64,000 bases of DNA from a virus (IMGVR_UViG_3300031992_000008:1-64000), one strand, 5' to 3'; shown: positions 8,846 to 17,234, counted from the first letter of the stretch. The notes: generated by a model from the letters alone, not told the origin. Program-made: numbers and translations.

Positions 8846-9352
8846 ATGAAAAACAAAAAAGTCATAACGGAAGATATGGGCGTTGACGAAGAGCTCATTA
8901 AATACGGAAAGCAGGTTCTTGCAGATGCACTGAAACGCGAAGAGCATCATGTGATGACACAAGAACCGTCTGACGAAGATGCTTCGAAGTACGTAGAACA
9001 GAGTAGGTACGTCTTTAGTAGGGCGTACGAAATGTTCTGCAATTTCATCGATAATACAATCATCGATGTTACTAAGACTACAGAAGCCGAATTTGACAAG
9101 GCTGTATACAAGTTTGCCATGGTGCTAGTCCCGGCACTTGAAAAAGAATTCCCGGAGGTGTTCAATGCGTTTATTGCGCCATTGATGCCTGAAGACAAGA
9201 AAGAGGCTATCGTTGTGAGAAACTCCATTCTTAGCTACTGCGGAAATCTCTTAGTTCAACCATTAGTATTGGCTATCGCAACCAGATTCCTTGAACATCG
9301 AGACATCGAGTTTAAGACTTCCGGTAAAGCTAATAAGGTTGTAATGAATTAG
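8846..9352 (+). CDS. hypothetical protein (168 aa)
   Basis: AGGAG SD; first gene after promoter box 8801-8830. Confidence 0.6.
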   Translation: MKNKKVITEDMGVDEELIKYGKQVLADALKREEHHVMTQEPSDEDASKYVEQSRYVFSRAYEMFCNFIDNTIIDVTKTTEAEFDKAVYKFAMVLVPALEKEFPEVFNAFIAPLMPEDKKEAIVVRNSILSYCGNLLVQPLVLAIATRFLEHRDIEFKTSGKANKVVMN

Positions 9353-9373
9353 ACAAACCATGAGGTAAATTGT

Positions 9374-9517
9374 ATGAGAAGATTCGTGCTTAACATGATC
9401 TACTTCTTAATATTCTTGGTAATAATCACAGCTCTACTGAAGTTCTTAGCCATTGGCTTTTGGACTTTCGTAGGTATAGCTTTGCTGTTCTTCATTTTCA
9501 AAGGACTCATAAAATGA
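9374..9517 (+). CDS. small two-helix membrane protein (47 aa), LiaI/PspB-like by position
   Basis: GAGGT SD; hydrophobic; stop overlaps next start (ATGA); not in ORF track. Confidence 0.45.
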   Translation: MRRFVLNMIYFLIFLVIITALLKFLAIGFWTFVGIALLFFIFKGLIK

Positions 9518-10266
9518 TCATCAAAGACGGAATATTTGTTCTGATTATGACGCTTGCGTCTATAATAGGATTACGCTTTCTACCAGTAACACCAGCTGTT
9601 AGCTTACTTGTAATCTTCACTGTCCTAGAGATTCTGATATCTATCTACTACAGGAAATCAAGATGCTTTAAGAATTCCTTCGGAGGAAACAGAAGGGAAA
9701 TTGGAACACTTGGATCTTTCTTCTTGTCATTCTGGATGTTCCTATTTGTTATTCCAACAATCCCATTTGATAAGTATGATGGCAAAATGCTATATATTGG
9801 TACACTCGTAGCTATACAGCTACTAATCACTATTGGAATAGTGCTATCGCTTATCGTTGGATATGCTGAAGGCGTCTTCGAAGAAGAAGCAAAAGCTAAA
9901 AAGGCAGAAAAATTATTGTCTGGAAAAGTCGTAGAGACCTATGTGAATGCTCAATTTAAGGATGGGATCATCTATCTTGCGAAGAGCATGAAAATAGGCG
10001 GAGATCCGTTGAGCACGTATCATCAGGATTTCCCTTCAGACAATGTATCCGCAATAGTCAAGACGACGAAAGATTCTGTAAGTTGGCGTACAGATGTCTA
10101 TCGGGAAGCGAAGAAACTTTGCCCGATTGTGAACAACGACCTGCTGTATGTGAGGTTTGCAAATCAAACATACACAGAAGCCTCAACAGGCAGATTGATA
10201 ATAACTGGAAGGCCTGATTATGTGAATAAGGTTCTTCTAAGCCTTAATCTCTCAACCTTAACCTAA
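9514..10266 (+). CDS. membrane protein (N-terminal about 4 TM helices plus C-terminal soluble domain)
   Basis: ATGA-coupled to upstream small TM gene; immediately upstream of PspA homologue. Confidence 0.6.
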   Translation: MIIKDGIFVLIMTLASIIGLRFLPVTPAVSLLVIFTVLEILISIYYRKSRCFKNSFGGNRREIGTLGSFFLSFWMFLFVIPTIPFDKYDGKMLYIGTLVAIQLLITIGIVLSLIVGYAEGVFEEEAKAKKAEKLLSGKVVETYVNAQFKDGIIYLAKSMKIGGDPLSTYHQDFPSDNVSAIVKTTKDSVSWRTDVYREAKKLCPIVNNDLLYVRFANQTYTEASTGRLIITGRPDYVNKVLLSLNLSTLT

Positions 10267-10289
10267 CAAACTCAAAGGAAAAACAAACA

Positions 10290-10955
10290 ATGAACATCTT
10301 CAAATTCTTCAAAATCAAGACAAAGACTGTTGGCGAAAAACTCGACAACCTCGTAACATTCGATGAAAAACTCCGCAACGCAAAGGAAGAGCTGCAGAAG
10401 TCTAAGGCAGCCGTTGTGGAAGATGCTGTGAACATTCATGAATCCGAAAAGATCGCAAAGAAGGCTCTTGAGCTGAATAATACGCAGATCGAAATCGTCA
10501 AGGGCAAGCTTGCCAAGGCTATCAAGAGCGGCGAAGATAACAAGGCAGAAGCCCTGTTCTCCAATCTTGAATCCTTGCAGACTGCCAACAAGATTCACGA
10601 AAAGTCTTACAATGACATTCAGAAGAGCCGTGAAAAGATCGATAAGAAGGTCGTAAGTATCGATAACAAGATCTTCAAGGTCTCTGCTAAGCTCGATGGT
10701 CTGAAGCAGGTTCGTGCAGCACAGGAAATGGTTGCAAAGCTTGCTGGTGTTTCCACTAACAACGCTGTCGGAAATGTTCTCAAGGACATCGAAGACTTCG
10801 TTGAACATGAAGAATGGAAACTCGAATCTAAGCAGGAAGTTCAGGATCTTCTCGACAAGAATGCCTCTACAGAAGACACTGAAGAAGAAGTTGAATCCAG
10901 CGCCCATGAACGCTTTGAAGCTTACAAGGCTAGCATTCTGAGCGAATCCAAGTAA
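10290..10955 (+). CDS. PspA/IM30/Vipp1 (ESCRT-III-like) family protein
   Basis: N-terminus MNIFKFFK..EKLDNLV and long coiled coil align to E. coli PspA (MGIFSRFADIV..); GC3-rich codons. Confidence 0.7.
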   Translation: MNIFKFFKIKTKTVGEKLDNLVTFDEKLRNAKEELQKSKAAVVEDAVNIHESEKIAKKALELNNTQIEIVKGKLAKAIKSGEDNKAEALFSNLESLQTANKIHEKSYNDIQKSREKIDKKVVSIDNKIFKVSAKLDGLKQVRAAQEMVAKLAGVSTNNAVGNVLKDIEDFVEHEEWKLESKQEVQDLLDKNASTEDTEEEVESSAHERFEAYKASILSESK

Positions 10956-10967
10956 TCCCTAAACATA

Positions 10968-11002
10968 CGGGGTGGGTCGAATGACTCACCCCATTTTTAT
11001 TT
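10968..11002 (+). terminator. intrinsic terminator after PspA gene
   Basis: ggggtgggtc gaat gactcacccc then ATTTTTATTTT. Confidence 0.65.
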
Positions 11003-11006
11003 TCCT

Positions 11007-11468
11007 ATGAATGAAAAGAGCAACTTCGAAAGAAATATTGTCATCGGAATCTTTATGCTTGTTCTTACTATCGTCGGAGTCATCTATTTGAATCTGTCGC
11101 AGAACTATAAGAACTCTCATGAAGAAGAGATGAAAAGACTAGAAATAGAGGCTATGAAGAAGCCAACAAAGGAAGCTATCAAGGCTGCTATCTTGGATTC
11201 AATCAAGATCAACCAAAGATACTTCATACAGACGGACAGCTTCACTCCACCGCCTCCTCCGCCACCATCAAAGAATGAAAAACCTAAAAAGCTTGTCTTG
11301 GAGTATGAGCAGAATCTCAAAGACGGAACAAGGAATCTAATCAGGTTTACAGCCGATAATCCTACTCCGGAAGAAAGAGTAGCTCTATACACGATGTTCG
11401 ATACAGAAGTATCGAAAGTCATAAACATCAAAGGACAAGACTTTAGCGTTAATCTGATGAGGGAATAA
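11007..11468 (+). CDS. bitopic membrane protein with poly-proline tract (153 aa)
   Basis: N-terminal TM helix; PPPPPPPS; follows terminator 10968-11002. Confidence 0.55.
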   Translation: MNEKSNFERNIVIGIFMLVLTIVGVIYLNLSQNYKNSHEEEMKRLEIEAMKKPTKEAIKAAILDSIKINQRYFIQTDSFTPPPPPPPSKNEKPKKLVLEYEQNLKDGTRNLIRFTADNPTPEERVALYTMFDTEVSKVINIKGQDFSVNLMRE

Positions 11469-12025
11469 TGAAACTAATGCCTTCTTTTTGCATGGAAGAA
11501 AAACATGGTCTAACACTTGGATTCTGTCTTCTTATATTGTTCATCATTGTGCCATGTATCGCTGCTAGCTGTGCCTGTGAATCATGCCAAGATGAATACC
11601 ATAAGAAGAAATCTGTAGAAGATAATTCCAGTGGTGTGACTGCTAGCAAGGTCAGCAAGATGACTAGATATGTGCATATTGGAGACATTGCAGTAATGTG
11701 CATCAATGGAAGAAGTGATGTCAATGTGTTAAATATTAAGACAGGAGATTACGTGCTAATCTCAGATACTAAGATAGACGTCTATCGCACTATTGGCACT
11801 GCGGTGAAGAAGCTATTTCCGGAAAGAAACATGGAAGACTACTACATCAAGGACGAATGTCTATCAAGCCTCAGAAAATCATGCCATCCTGTGAGTAATT
11901 GTATTAACGGAAATTTGTCTAGAGCAGATTGTCAAACAACCTGTAACCTGTACGATATCCCAGTACCATCTGACCGAGGAAACAAGGATGAACTAGTAGG
12001 AATGTACGGTATAACCATAAGGTAG
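11468..12025 (+). CDS. secreted/membrane-anchored cysteine-rich protein (185 aa)
   Basis: Hydrophobic signal-like N-terminus; about 12 Cys; TAATG overlap. Confidence 0.55.
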   Translation: MKLMPSFCMEEKHGLTLGFCLLILFIIVPCIAASCACESCQDEYHKKKSVEDNSSGVTASKVSKMTRYVHIGDIAVMCINGRSDVNVLNIKTGDYVLISDTKIDVYRTIGTAVKKLFPERNMEDYYIKDECLSSLRKSCHPVSNCINGNLSRADCQTTCNLYDIPVPSDRGNKDELVGMYGITIR

Positions 12026-12029
12026 AAAT

Positions 12030-12524
12030 ATGCCACAAATATTTGCTGGTTTCTTTATATTATTCTTGTTATCCGTAACTATCGCCTTTGGTGTGCCAAG
12101 CGGCGAAGAGTTTCGTGAAAAACACGCTCATGGAGAATTTCTAATGAGCGATAGCTTTACGAGCATTGGAAAAGCTGAACTGCGATATAACGATGACAAT
12201 GAGCCTACTATGAAATTCTATTCAAATGATTTTTCATACAAGTTCTCTGTCACCGATGGGAGTGCCAAGAGCACCATTGAACTGATGGACAAGTTGGTAT
12301 TCCAGTTGTATCACAAGAATCAGCCTTACTATCTTTCATATGAGTGCACGAGATTTCTAAGATCCGTTGAAGGAAAGAAGTCGTACTGTAAAACAGACAA
12401 CTCTTTACCGATGTGCAGAGCCGAGTGTGAGATCTATCAAGGCGATGGAATTCCTGACAAAGCTAAGTATATCGTGGAAAAACGAATAGCAAAGGATATA
12501 ACGAATGAAAATCAAGTACTTTGA
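12030..12524 (+). CDS. secreted protein with signal peptide (164 aa)
   Basis: N-terminal MPQIFAGFFILFLLSVTIAFG signal-like; AAGGTAG SD. Confidence 0.55.
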   Translation: MPQIFAGFFILFLLSVTIAFGVPSGEEFREKHAHGEFLMSDSFTSIGKAELRYNDDNEPTMKFYSNDFSYKFSVTDGSAKSTIELMDKLVFQLYHKNQPYYLSYECTRFLRSVEGKKSYCKTDNSLPMCRAECEIYQGDGIPDKAKYIVEKRIAKDITNENQVL

Positions 12525-12783
12525 TACAGAAATCGAATGTACAGTCGATGAATTTGAGGATATGATCGCTAGAGGGATTTTCAAGTCCAAAGTGAAACCC
12601 GAAGAATTCATCCATGACCTAATCCGCAAGGATCCGCCGCAAGCACCGTCATGGCCTGAAACCGTGGCGTTGTATGGCTGTCAAGTACCTGCTGATCAGA
12701 TCAAGTTTGAACAACCTTTATTTTATAAAGGTACTACAGCCTTACATGCAGATGAAACAGATGACAATAAAAACAAATCATGA
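12505..12783 (+). CDS. hypothetical protein (92 aa)
   Basis: ORF overlapping upstream 3' end; followed by terminator 12829-12859. Confidence 0.45.
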   Translation: MKIKYFDTEIECTVDEFEDMIARGIFKSKVKPEEFIHDLIRKDPPQAPSWPETVALYGCQVPADQIKFEQPLFYKGTTALHADETDDNKNKS

Positions 12784-12828
12784 CGTCTGAAAAGTAAAGT
12801 CTCATCTACCAAACAAGGAACCGTTGCG

Positions 12829-12859
12829 AATGCAGCGGTTTCTTTTTTATATTAAGAAA
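12829..12859 (+). terminator. intrinsic terminator
   Basis: aaccgttgc gaat gcagcggtt then TCTTTTTT. Confidence 0.6.
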
Positions 12860-12890
12860 CGATCATGTAATTAAACGTGATAATCTTCTT
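12845..12890 (+). promoter_or_regulatory. early-class promoter-like box (TTATATTAAGAAAC)
   Basis: Resembles box at 141-170. Confidence 0.4.
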
Positions 12891-12901
12891 ATGAGAACAG
12901 C

Positions 12902-13243
12902 ATGAAACCTTTAAAGTTCATTAGACTACAAAGAGTACTCATAAATAACTTTGACAAGTTCATTCCTGTCATCGAAATACAAGAAGGTGGATGCGCTTGG
13001 GACTTTCCTCCTCCGTACTTTTTAGCATACCCTAAACACATGGAATTATACTGCGGTGTAGGAATGAAACCTGCTCTGAAGTGTATTTCGGCAGAACAAA
13101 CATGTGTTCAGGGCTACATTGAGTATTGGAGAACAGAATATCTCGATAAGATTCCCTTTATGAATAGTATCGACGAATTCGTTAGGCGTTTCCCAGATTC
13201 ATACCGCAAGTATGTTGAATTTCCCGGAGAAAAAGATGGCTGA
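12902..13243 (+). CDS. hypothetical protein (113 aa)
   Basis: First ORF after promoter-like TTATATTAAGAAAC. Confidence 0.55.
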   Translation: MKPLKFIRLQRVLINNFDKFIPVIEIQEGGCAWDFPPPYFLAYPKHMELYCGVGMKPALKCISAEQTCVQGYIEYWRTEYLDKIPFMNSIDEFVRRFPDSYRKYVEFPGEKDG

Positions 13244-13622
13244 TAGTGGAATGACAGAAGACAAAAAAGAGGAGCCTTTCAAAGCTCCTCATCTCGATAC
13301 AGACATTGAAGAAATCGAGGAAGTCTGTAAATATAAGGACTTCCGTGGCAGCGAACAGGAATGCAAGATTATCTTTAAGCCTAACGATTGCGAAATGGCA
13401 TCAAGAAATCTGGCAACACTAGTGCAGCCTATTACCGGTATCTATATATCTGATAAGGAAAAAGTCAGAAGTATGATCAACAGAATGCTTGGCGAAGAAC
13501 ACAAATGTTGCTTTGGAATAAGCGTAGAGCCAAGATGTGATTTAAGATTTACTGACTGTGAAGCTGTAATTGGAAAAATGATTACCGAATTCTTGGAGGC
13601 ATTGCATGAAAGTAAGAGTTAA
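13236..13622 (+). CDS. hypothetical protein (128 aa)
   Basis: GGAGAAAAAG SD before ATG 13236. Confidence 0.5.
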   Translation: MADSGMTEDKKEEPFKAPHLDTDIEEIEEVCKYKDFRGSEQECKIIFKPNDCEMASRNLATLVQPITGIYISDKEKVRSMINRMLGEEHKCCFGISVEPRCDLRFTDCEAVIGKMITEFLEALHESKS

Positions 13623-13857
13623 AAAAAGTACGGATACAATAGTATCAAAACTTGAAGGTGTCGGAATAGACGATAATTCTGTATGTATCTTCATCAGATG
13701 GTATAATGAAAATTTTATTCCAGTAAGTGACGTAGACAAATTAGAGTATTTGTGCAACGGAAAATGGAAAGAAATAGAACTCTGGGAGAATGAAGACACT
13801 CCACGTAAACCAGAAGAAATCTATAATGAACTCGAAAAACTCTTCCTAAAAGGATAA
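13606..13857 (+). CDS. hypothetical protein (83 aa)
   Basis: GGAGG SD. Confidence 0.5.
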   Translation: MKVRVKKSTDTIVSKLEGVGIDDNSVCIFIRWYNENFIPVSDVDKLEYLCNGKWKEIELWENEDTPRKPEEIYNELEKLFLKG

Positions 13858-13861
13858 AACA

Positions 13862-14428
13862 ATGGTCAAAACAGCCGAACATAATAGAATGACATTTGAG
13901 GTCGTTCAATATACTGGAAAGAACTATGATGAATGTACTGCATTCATCGACAGTAATGGTATGTGGCCTCATATAGACGAGGATGCATCTTTTAGAATTC
14001 CTCCTAATAAAGCCATCGCAACCATGCGAACCAATGTCTTCCCCGGTGATTTTATCATCAAGGATGTATCTGGCTTGTTCATGAAGGATTGCTTCTATGC
14101 TACCTCTAAAGGAGCGTTTGAACTGTTCTTCAGACTGAAAGAATCAGAAAATGAAGTCCATGACTTTGGTTGGGCTCTTCGTCAGCTCAAGGCTGGAGAA
14201 AAGGTTCAGCGCAAAGGTTGGAATAGTAAGGGTATGTTCATTACCCTTCAGCCTGGATCCACAGTGAAGGGTGAACTCATGCGTAACGAACCTGCAAAGG
14301 AATTCTATAGCGGCAAACATTGTGTTATCATGTCTCATATAGATATGAAAGCGGCTGACGATTCCTACACAGTTGGTTGGAATGCAAGCCAAATTGACAT
14401 GCTAGCAGAAGACTGGCAGTTAGCTTAA
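13862..14428 (+). CDS. DUF2829 (Tad2-like anti-Thoeris sponge fold) fused to a about 100-aa N-terminal domain
   Basis: C-terminal FGWALRQLKAGEKVQRKGWNSKGMFITLQ...HIDMKAADDSY.VGWNASQIDMLAEDWQLA matches the DUF2829 signature (..KVRRKGWNGKGM...MKTADG...W.ASQTDMLAEDW..). Confidence 0.7.
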   Translation: MVKTAEHNRMTFEVVQYTGKNYDECTAFIDSNGMWPHIDEDASFRIPPNKAIATMRTNVFPGDFIIKDVSGLFMKDCFYATSKGAFELFFRLKESENEVHDFGWALRQLKAGEKVQRKGWNSKGMFITLQPGSTVKGELMRNEPAKEFYSGKHCVIMSHIDMKAADDSYTVGWNASQIDMLAEDWQLA

Positions 14429-14580
14429 CCATAATAAGGAAACTATGAAGGACGATCTTTATAAGGACATGCTTCCGAAATTAGATGGACTGGGAGATAA
14501 TCGTATCTCCCAGAATTCTTTTCCCGGAAGTACGTTCCTGAACCTACATTTCGACTATCATTCAAAGCTAAAGGAGCTCA

Positions 14581-15120
14581 ATGGAAACGGTAACACCAGA
14601 GAACATTGACGACTTTGTTGATAAGGCTATCAATGCTTGTTACGATAGGGCGAATCGAGCATTAGTCGATATAGCCAACAGACCAAGAGAAGTTCCGAAA
14701 CCAGAACCAAAACCGGAACCTAAACCAAAGCCTAAGCCAAAGCCTAAAGAATCTGAGGAGGATCCAGAAAGAATTCACGATAAGGATTTTAGAATCCTAG
14801 CGAAGAAGTATGGATTCGATATTAGAACCGAAGGCCCAGATGATGATGATGCACTGTACGCATATGATGCAATACATCCTACGGCTAATGACTGGTTCCT
14901 GAATGTAGCTATGCTTAAATCCAGTGGTGTAGCAATCGTTGGACGCAAGTATACTACAGAATCACGTAACAAAGGAATGGTCTTCAATATAATCGGTACG
15001 ACAGAATGTACTACTGTCAAAGAACTGGAAGAAGCCATCTGCACCATTGCCAAAAGTAGAGACGAATTCTTCAAACCTAAATCTACTAAGCGTAGTCAGA
15101 ACAGATCTCGTACTTGGTAA
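14581..15120 (+). CDS. hypothetical protein with (PK/PE)n linker
   Basis: AAGGAG SD; PKPEPKPEPKPKPKPKPKE repeat. Confidence 0.55.
   Translation: METVTPENIDDFVDKAINACYDRANRALVDIANRPREVPKPEPKPEPKPKPKPKPKESEEDPERIHDKDFRILAKKYGFDIRTEGPDDDDALYAYDAIHPTANDWFLNVAMLKSSGVAIVGRKYTTESRNKGMVFNIIGTTECTTVKELEEAICTIAKSRDEFFKPKSTKRSQNRSRTW
14696..14752 (+). repeat. coding low-complexity repeat (CCNAAR)n encoding (PK/PE)n
   Basis: Direct repetition in sequence. Confidence 0.7.
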
Positions 15121-15151
15121 CTAACAAACACACACAACAAGGAAAAAACAC

Positions 15152-16747
15152 ATGGAAATCAATGCACTTACTATCAGTGCCATTGCAGTGGGAGCTCTCC
15201 TGCTGCTCCTCGCCTTCATTTTCATTATTGGATACGTTAAAGCTCCGCCTGATACCGCATATGTCATTTCCGGTATCCGTAAACAGCCTCGCTTCCTCAT
15301 TGGTCGAGCTGGTGTTCGTATTCCGTTCTTGGAACAGAAGGACGAGCTTGTACTCAAGGCTATTCAAGTCGATGTAAATACGTCCGATGAAATTCCCACA
15401 GCGGATTTCATCAATATTACTGTCGATGCAAACGTCAACGTACAAGTTGATACTGAACTAGAAAAGAAAGAAGAAGAACGTTCTGGATTGCTTCAGAAAG
15501 CCGCTAGAAACTTCCTCAATCTTAAGGAAAAAGACATCATGGCAATGGTTCGACCAGTTCTTGAAGGTAATGTTCGAGAAATCGTTGGCAAGATGAATCT
15601 CAAAGCTATGGTGAATGATCGCCAGAAATTCTCTACTCTGGTTTCTGAAAACGTGCAGCCTGACCTTGCTGCCATGGGCTTAAAGCTCGTGTCTTTTAAT
15701 GTGCAGAACTTTAAGGACAAGGAAGGCACTATTAGGAACATGGGTATCGACAATATTGAAGCAATCCGTAAGGATGCTGAAATCGCAAAGTCAAATGCCC
15801 AGAGAGATATTCGCATTGCTAAGGCTGAAGCTGACAATGAAGCCAGCATTGCAGAAGTAAAGTCTAAAACTGCAGTCGCCGAACGTGAGACTGATCTTGC
15901 TATCAAGAAGGCAGACCTCAAGAAGAAGTCTGATATCCAAGAAGCAATCGCCGATGCTGCTAAGGGCATCGAAGCCGCTAATCAGCAGAAAACCTTGAAT
16001 ATCACGGAAGCCGAAGCTGAAACTGCAAAGCAGATGAAGCTCATCGAAGTCCGTCAGGAAGAAGCTAATGTTACCGAAAAGGAACTTGTTGCCAAGGTGA
16101 TTCGTCCGGCTGAAGCTGCAAAGCAAGCCACTATCATTAAGGCTGAAGGTGAACAGAAGGCTAAGCTCATTGCTGCTGAAACCAACCTTGAAACCACCAA
16201 GAAGAATGCTGATGCTGAAAAGTATCAGCGTGAACGTGAAGCTGAAGTCAAGCTGTTCAATGAACAGAAGGATGCGGAGGCCGAGCGCTACAAACAAGAG
16301 CAAAACGCCGAAGGTGTCAAGGCTATGGCTGACGCTGACCTTAAGACTGCTCTTGCTAAGGCTCAAGGTGTTGAAGCTAACGGTAAGGCTGAAGCTGCTG
16401 CTATCGAAGCTAAGGGTCTCGCCGAAGCCGAAGCCAAGGACAAGATGGCTGATGCTATGGCTAAGTTTGGCGATGCCGCTAAGCAAGACCTTACTCTTGA
16501 AACCGTTAAGGCGTTTGTTGCTGTTCTTCCGGAAGTTGCTGGTAACATTACCAAGCACTTCGAGAAGGTTGGTAACTACACTATCTACGGTGAAGGTGGC
16601 GGTGCTAAGCTGGTTGGTGATGCAACTCAGGCAATGTCTCAGATTATTGCATCCGTCAAGGAAGCAACTGGTCTTGATGCCGCAGGTATCTTGAACAGCT
16701 TCCTTGGTAGCCGTACTGCACTCGCAGTAGCTGACAAGAAAGAGTAA
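15152..16747 (+). CDS. flotillin (SPFH/band-7 domain, FloT/YuaG-like), 531 aa
   Basis: N-terminal TM helix then YVKAPPDTAYVISG SPFH start; VSFNVQNFKDKEGT..IAKAEADNEA..KGLAEAEAKDKMADAMAKFG aligns almost residue-for-residue with B. subtilis FloT; EA-rich coiled coil. Confidence 0.9.
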   Translation: MEINALTISAIAVGALLLLLAFIFIIGYVKAPPDTAYVISGIRKQPRFLIGRAGVRIPFLEQKDELVLKAIQVDVNTSDEIPTADFINITVDANVNVQVDTELEKKEEERSGLLQKAARNFLNLKEKDIMAMVRPVLEGNVREIVGKMNLKAMVNDRQKFSTLVSENVQPDLAAMGLKLVSFNVQNFKDKEGTIRNMGIDNIEAIRKDAEIAKSNAQRDIRIAKAEADNEASIAEVKSKTAVAERETDLAIKKADLKKKSDIQEAIADAAKGIEAANQQKTLNITEAEAETAKQMKLIEVRQEEANVTEKELVAKVIRPAEAAKQATIIKAEGEQKAKLIAAETNLETTKKNADAEKYQREREAEVKLFNEQKDAEAERYKQEQNAEGVKAMADADLKTALAKAQGVEANGKAEAAAIEAKGLAEAEAKDKMADAMAKFGDAAKQDLTLETVKAFVAVLPEVAGNITKHFEKVGNYTIYGEGGGAKLVGDATQAMSQIIASVKEATGLDAAGILNSFLGSRTALAVADKKE

Positions 16748-16781
16748 AACTAAAAGATTTTACCCATAAAACCTCGATGGG

Positions 16782-16816
16782 GAGAGGCTCTAGAAATAGA
16801 GTCTCTCTTTTTTTCG
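16782..16816 (+). terminator. intrinsic terminator after flotillin gene
   Basis: gagaggctct agaaat agagtctctc then TTTTTTT. Confidence 0.7.
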
Positions 16817-16879
16817 TAAAATTCTATGCTCCGACATTATATTATTAATGGCCTTATAATCCTATAAGACAGTGTTACT

Positions 16880-17087
16880 AGCCCACAAAGACTAGTGCAA
16901 CCGTCATATCTAACCGGAAGATATGACTAACTGTGCGTTTGTTCCATTCGCACATAAAAGGAAAATGGATATTATTGAGACAACGGTACTGTCTCATAGG
17001 TGATCCGCATCTTATGTATATTTGATGCGATAAGGTCACACCGAACGGATAACGGTAAATATTATCCAAAAGGCAAGGAGGTACTTC
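16880..17087 (+). ncRNA. multi-hairpin structured region (candidate ncRNA or riboregulatory leader of tiny ORF)
   Basis: Five consecutive stems: gtcatatct/agatatgac, tgtgcg/cgcaca, tgagaca/tgtctca, cgcatc/gatgcg, ggataa/ttatcc. Confidence 0.3.
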
Positions 17088-17180
17088 ATGTACAGATACC
17101 GCTTCTTCCTCAGCAACCTCGACGTAGTCGAAGTCTATGCAGACTCATACGCCGATGCCATCGCTGAATTCCTCGTCTAA
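17088..17180 (+). CDS. tiny ORF (30 aa), not in ORF track
   Basis: Strong AAGGAGGT SD 7 nt upstream; GC3-rich codons like highly expressed genes; preceded by a multi-hairpin leader. Confidence 0.3.
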   Translation: MYRYRFFLSNLDVVEVYADSYADAIAEFLV

Positions 17181-17234
17181 AAAAGACAGGAATAGGAACT
17201 CTCGTGCGCAGACAGCGAGAATAAATAATTAGGC

